A DNA stretch of 64,000 nucleotides from Amoebophrya sp. A120. Its lineage: Eukaryota; Protista; Dinoflagellata. Within the stretch, counting starts at the first letter, position 1. Each line of letters opens with the position of its first letter. This document shows positions 59,801-64,000 of the stretch, in pieces. The DNA lies in the NCBI GenBank assembly GCA_905178155.1, contig CAJINV010000005.1:8058515-8122514 (forward strand), read 5' to 3'. A program made the translations under genes and the position numbers. The notes beneath the pieces are model-generated. The model was not told the DNA's origin. It was given only the letters and a program-made list of their open reading frames with translations, and made no database searches.

Positions 59801-62046
59801 TGCAGCTTGGAGTTCGATTGATTCTGTTGCTGATTACCAGCATTCGCGGAATTTATTTCTGGTATTGTCCCGAGTATTAACTTTCCTTCCTCCGGAAAAT
59901 CTGCGCCATCGAGCGGATCACTGTACTCCAATTGCACTTCCGCCGCCCACCGTGGCTCCGGCCCGGATATCAAAGGAAAACATCCCCCCTCCCCACATCG
60001 AGACGAAGTCTCTGATGCTGGATTTGCGTAAACAAATCAGGTCTGTCTTGCTGGAGTGGACTGCAGGCATATGCCAAGCCTGAGGCGAGAGGCTTTGGCG
60101 TAGGCGACTCGCATGGCAAATGTCTATGCTGTAACCCCAGCAGCACCACAAACCGCCTAAATGATGCGGCGGACTCTCTGGCTTTGCCTTCTTGCAAGAC
60201 AGACAGGATTTGTGGCCACAAATCTGCATCACAAATTTTCGGACGGCTGCGCTTTCAATATGGGGAGGGGGGATTTTTCGTCTCAATACTGGAACTCTCT
60301 TCGGCCTCCGTTTTCCCGATGGGTATTATCAAATGCAAATATGTCTGGGTCTGGAAGAATGCAACTTGTCATGCTAAATCTGAAGCATGCAAAAATCTGT
60401 GTTGCATGATTACCAAAAGTCGTCCAGTTTTGACCAAGTCGGGAGGCAGTTTCTCATGCAGGATAGGCATGAGAAAGATCGCACAGAATCTGTCATGCTA
60501 GGCCCTGTATTCCAGACCTCATGGGTCATGAAAAAGCTGCATGACAAGTCGCGCACTCTTCCAGACCCAGACATTTTTACATTTGATAGGTATTCGCATC
60601 ACCTGAATTCTCATGCGCCCATCAATGGTGTGCGCGCAGCAATCTGGGGATAGATTTGGTTTTCTTGTTGTTCAGATAAGATGATATAAAGAACGATGTC
60701 AGGAAGATGCATGACGGAGCACTCTTCTCATACTGATACTAGTAAGTTTTGCAGGACAAATCAATTAGGAGCTGCAATAAAAGTAGAACCAGAACGAAAC
60801 ATATTATACATAGATTCTTCAGCGATTCCTCGAGCTCTATCGTCAAAATCCCTCGCATATCAAATGCAAAAATGTCTGGGTCTGGGAGATTCTGAGACTT
60901 GTCATGCACGTTTTGCATGAGCCATGATGTCTGTGATGCATGCCGTAGCATCGTAGACTTTTCGAGGGGTTCTTGATGCCTATTTCGCATGACAAATGCC
61001 CTATCCGCGTAGCAAAAATTGCATTCCCTTTGCTACTCATGCAATACAAATTTTTTTCGAATCCAGATGCAGCATCACAAGTTGCATTCTTCCAGACCCA
61101 GACATTTTTGCATTTGATAGCGCACAAACCCGTCGTCGTCCACTCCTATTCTGTAAACGCAGCGCCCGTTCCCTTCTCGCAACCGGTACTGCATTTGCGT
61201 GGTCAACTGCTGCAGCCGCTGGGGGGTGCATTGGTACAGCATCCGCTTGTATTCGCAGTTTCCCTCCTCGGACTCGGGCGGGTAGTGGTACCCGGCGGCT
61301 TCGAAAGAACACGTCGCGGGTAGTATCTCCGTGACCACGTTATTTTGAAGCTGGTGTTCTTGCGACGACGTAGTACCATCATTATTTCCTGTCCCATTTA
61401 TTGACAGCGCGGCACTTATTTCAGTAGCGGAAAAATTGTCGGCAAAAACAGCATCTCCTGCGTGGGGTATTGATATCCTGACCCGCTTATTGTGAGGAAA
61501 AATCCCCCCTCCCGATATTAAAAAGGCACCACCCTGAAAATTTGTGACGTAGATTTGTGGTCACAAATCAGCTCTGTCTTGCAAGAAGGCAAGCGCCGTT
61601 GTGTGCGCTGCGTTGTGGATGCGGTTTCTCATGCTATTGGGCCTATAGGGCAGGCGTCTCCCATGCTAAACAGCTAGACGCTTACACTCCTAAACAGGCT
61701 GAGGATCTGGCTGCAGTCCTATATTGCAAGACAGACGTCATTTGTGTACGCAAATCCAGCATCAGAAGTTTCGTTTTGATGTGGGGAGGGGGGATTTTTC
61801 ATTTTGATACCGCTTCTTGGAGCCCTTTTTTCGCTTCTTGTGCCCGTAGTAAGCCAGGACGTTGCCGTGAGCGTCTTTGTGTTGAGAGGGTAGAAGTGCA
61901 ACGCCACGGTGGGACGTCGTCGTGTGAAGATCTTTTTCATTTGTATTGGCGTAGTCATAATTGTCCTCATCTTCCTCCCCCGCGCCGCCGAAGAGCGAAA
62001 AATCCCCGCAGAAAAGGTCCAGCTCATTGGAAGGAGCGGACGCCAT
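47848..62046 (-). CDS. GTPBP2: GTPBP1/GTPBP2-like translational GTPase with long insertions; 35 introners
   Basis: N-terminal PPESEEGNCEYK...LTTQMQYRLREGNG...IGVDDDG; P-loop GPNNVGKSS; DNGSGLAR; G3 DVPG; G4 TKCD; domain II GTLKKGDVFKLGP; not every junction verified. Confidence 0.8.
47873..48195. mobile_element. Introner family B
   Basis: TSD TGTGT. Confidence 0.9.
48275..48530. mobile_element. Introner family A
   Basis: TSD TGAAG. Confidence 0.9.
48660..48867. mobile_element. Introner family F
   Basis: TSD GAAAG/CAAAG. Confidence 0.9.
48905..49166. mobile_element. Introner family A
   Basis: TSD CCCGC. Confidence 0.9.
49223..49483. mobile_element. Introner family A
   Basis: TSD TGCTG. Confidence 0.9.
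49845..50103. mobile_element. Introner family A
   Basis: TSD GCCAG/TCCAG. Confidence 0.9.
50339..50602. mobile_element. Introner family A
   Basis: TSD TCTGC. Confidence 0.9.
50634..50889. mobile_element. Introner, singleton TIR containing paired GTTACAAT motifs
   Basis: TSD GCAGT. Confidence 0.85.
50935..51195. mobile_element. Introner family A
   Basis: TSD CGGTC. Confidence 0.9.
51486..51738. mobile_element. Introner family A
   Basis: TSD TCACG. Confidence 0.9.
51837..51988. mobile_element. Introner family C
   Basis: TSD CGCAA/CGCAG. Confidence 0.9.
52051..52319. mobile_element. Introner family A
   Basis: TSD TCTGA. Confidence 0.9.
52346..52495. mobile_element. Introner family C
   Basis: TSD TTATA. 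Confidence 0.9.
52525..52781. mobile_element. Introner family A
   Basis: TSD TCATT. Confidence 0.9.
53332..53539. mobile_element. Introner family G
   Basis: TSD GATGC/GACGC. Confidence 0.9.
53585..53795. mobile_element. Introner, F/G-related singleton (TIR ...AGAAAAAAGTTCGT)
   Basis: TSD TGTTG. Confidence 0.85.
54096..54331. mobile_element. Introner family A
   Basis: TSD TCGTT/TCGCT. Confidence 0.85.
54652..54912. mobile_element. Introner family A
   Basis: TSD GGATG/GGAAG; reverse orientation relative to 50935-51195. Confidence 0.9.
54964..55112. mobile_element. Introner family C
   Basis: TSD TGGTC. Confidence 0.9.
55430..55583. mobile_element. Introner family C
   Basis: TSD GCGCC/GTACC. 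Confidence 0.85.
55618..55827. mobile_element. Introner family G
   Basis: TSD CCCGT. Confidence 0.9.
55862..56010. mobile_element. Introner family C
   Basis: TSD TCCTC; left terminus CAT. Confidence 0.9.
56219..56470. mobile_element. Introner family A, near-identical to 1747-1998
   Basis: TSD GTCAT. Confidence 0.95.
56510..56779. mobile_element. Introner family A
   Basis: TSD TGAAT/TGGAA, degenerate. Confidence 0.85.
56905..57164. mobile_element. Introner family A
   Basis: TSD ATTCC; reverse orientation relative to 51486-51738. Confidence 0.9.
57221..57365. mobile_element. Introner family C
   Basis: TSD ACGAT/GCGAT. Confidence 0.9.
57706..57966. mobile_element. Introner family A
   Basis: TSD GTTCC/ATTCC. 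Confidence 0.9.
58038..58301. mobile_element. Introner family A
   Basis: TSD AACGT. Confidence 0.9.
58646..58856. mobile_element. Introner family G
   Basis: TSD CAGGC/CAGGT. Confidence 0.9.
58953..59233. mobile_element. Introner family D
   Basis: TSD TCGAT/TCGAA. Confidence 0.9.
59298..59563. mobile_element. Introner family A, degenerate
   Basis: TSD GACCT; removal restores GLARS|LVLQFPHEVLSGR. Confidence 0.85.
59968..60288. mobile_element. Introner family B
   Basis: TSD CCGGA/CTGGA. Confidence 0.9.
60327..60588. mobile_element. Introner family A
   Basis: TSD GGTAT. Confidence 0.9.
60858..61119. mobile_element. Introner family A
   Basis: TSD TCGCA/GCGCA. Confidence 0.9.
61488..61809. 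mobile_element. Introner family B variant
   Basis: TSD CCGCT. Confidence 0.9.
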
Positions 62047-63431
62047 GTTTTCGCTAGTTGTTTTGTTCAAGCAGTATATAAAATTTTTTACTGCAAAATT
62101 TATTAAGTGTGTCTCATCAACAGACGAAGCAAAGCCAAAGGTAGTTCCAAAGTCTCAGGGTACCTACTAGTTGTAGGGAGCTAGATGAATATTAAAACGG
62201 AAGATCTGGCTCACGTCCTATGGTCAATTTTTCAAAAATTCCTCGGGGTAGAGTACTTCAGTACTTATCGTTTCTAGGAGCGGTTGGTACAAGTGCTATG
62301 ATCAGAACAGGAGTACAATACATACAAATTTGGTAGCATCAGGGACCTGTTGATTTTATTTGACGAATCGAACGAAGGAACAAGCGATCGATTGCGATAA
62401 ACGAGGCAACCAAGTTGGCGATTATGTTCAATAAAATCCACCGACTGTATCTACAACTCTGAACAATTCCGACAGTGAAAATCAAATCTCTCGCATTCAA
62501 AAGACTTCGCTCGCGAAATGGTACAACTTCTTCTAAACCGGTACTAAATTATCGACTAGTAGTGTAAGACCTACTTGCGAAAAGAAAAAACCGAATCAAC
62601 TTTCGATTCTCAACATAGTTCCGGGCGAGAACAACAGATAAACTTCTTGTTCACCGTTGACTACGTACTTTCAACAGCACGACCAGTAAAATGCGCTCCC
62701 GCATTGCGGAATCTGTGACCACAGACGTGCGATACGATTCTTGAAGACTGAGGTAATACTGTTGATGACTCAGGTGATTGTGCCAGAAGAAATCACTGCG
62801 ATCCGAGAATCGGTCGTCCACGACATTGGTTCTGTCGTCCGATCGCGTCTCGTTGGAGACAAAAAAAAGTGTCGCTACTAGATGAAAAGATCACGAGAGG
62901 TCCTTCGCTGAACTGCCAGCTAGAATAGAAGATTTTTTCTTTATACCAAAAACAAAAAGTGATTTAAGCACACGACCATTTTTACTCACTGTCACTGCGA
63001 ATAAACCAGTACCAGCCACACAAATCGATGACCCTGAAGAAAGTCGCTGCAGATCACCGTGTCAGTAGTACGCATCAAAAGCAAAAACTCATCGTGCGAA
63101 GATGCTACCAAAATGACTCACAACTCACTTCCCCGGTTTTATTGTTTTTTCCAGAAATAAATGACCGCTCTGACCTGTTGGAATTTCGGTCGCGGAAGCT
63201 GATCGAGCGGTGAATTTCTTCGTGTGCGAGCGAGGAATTTCTTCGACTTCCTCCAATCGGGCGGTTTATAACTTGACGTCGTGTGTAGTTGAAGATGCCG
63301 TTGTGATTAAGAATCTAGGTATAGAAGTTCTTTCGCCCGGGTGGCATTTATTCGCCAAATGCGCCAAGAACACCTGTCTTCCGCTCGATCACGAACGCTA
63401 GTTGACTCCATCGCGTTCTTTTCTTCACAGA

Positions 63432-64000
63432 TCACGCCGCTATTTCTTCAGTACTGCTTTGGTACTCTTCTACTTCCCCTGCTGCTTCGCGACCTGCTTC
63501 GGCGAAACTTCTGAACCCCAGAGGAAAGAACCGAAACAACCGGTGGGGGAACAGCCCGTCTTCTCCTATCCGGGAGAAACCGGTCGTTGGGAATATCCGC
63601 GGTTGGGTCGTGCTCCTTCGAGTAGGGCTTGAGACGCCCGAAGACCTTTGTTGTCTTCTGTGCACAACTACGAGTGGGCAGCTTGTAGTTGTTTTTGTCC
63701 TGCTGCTGCTGTCCTGATTCTCCATGTAGTAGTATCAAATGCAAAAATGTCTGGGTCTGGAAACTTGTGATGCTGGTTGGCGAATCCTGAGGACGCCACA
63801 AGTGACGGCTCAGCATGACAAGTTTCTGACTCGCTAGGTGTTGCGCATTTTGCATGAAAAACCGCGTTTCGGCATGACAGAAAAGTGTGGCTTTTGGGTA
63901 ACGAGCATGACAGACTTTGGGGTCATGCTAGCAGAGCATGACAGACCTTCCATTCTTCCAGACCCAGACATTTTTGCAATCCATAAGTAGTCCTCCTGCC
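63432..64000 (-). CDS. 3' end of a gene continuing beyond the window; frame uncertain
   Basis: ORFs 63432 and 63448 abut the introner at 63733. Confidence 0.35.
63733..63985. mobile_element. Introner family A
   Basis: TSD AGTAG. Confidence 0.9.

Noticed and set aside
47873-61809. CRISPR-like array of recurring ~30-bp repeats
   Set aside because: Repeats are inverted pairs 150-320 bp apart with TSDs, spacing is irregular, the intervening DNA is eukaryotic exon, and no cas genes are present
28-63632. Plus-strand ORFs as genes
   Set aside because: They are antisense shadows of minus-strand exons or read through elements, with no recognisable domains
520-63855. Recurrent peptides in the ORF track (KCKNVWVWK, FQTQTFLHL, SNAKMSGSG, LPDPDIF, CMTN/FVMQ) as a repeat-protein family
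   Set aside because: They are translations of element TIRs and boxes in all six frames
1-64000. Autonomous transposase, integrase or reverse transcriptase
   Set aside because: No DDE, tyrosine-recombinase or RT motifs recognised; all complete elements are under 500 bp
1-64000. rRNA, tRNA or dinoflagellate spliced-leader genes
   Set aside because: None recognised by eye; a covariance-model search would be needed to exclude them

Overview
Eukaryotic genomic DNA, most consistent with the parasitic dinoflagellate relative Amoebophrya (Syndiniales); this is inferred from gene architecture, not from a database match. About 10 protein-coding genes all lie on the minus strand. They include a SPO11 (SPO11-2-like), a highly divergent S-adenosylmethionine synthetase, a multi-KH RNA-binding protein and a GTPBP1/2-like translational GTPase. 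Their coding exons are interrupted by about 100 non-autonomous, MITE-like insertions of ~145-325 bp. These fall into at least 8 terminal-inverted-repeat (TIR) families plus singletons. Nearly all begin TAT and end ATA, are flanked by a 5-bp direct repeat, and share an internal GCATNACAA/TTGTNATGC motif. Removing the element plus one 5-bp repeat restored the reading frame at every junction I traced, with no GT-AG requirement and in either orientation. They therefore behave as non-canonical 'introner' introns. The window also shows an empty-site control, two different families at the same homologous site, nested and tandem elements, and near-identical recent copies. No transposase is visible. 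Family letters A-H are my own labels. Coordinates were read by hand and may be off by 1-2 nt.
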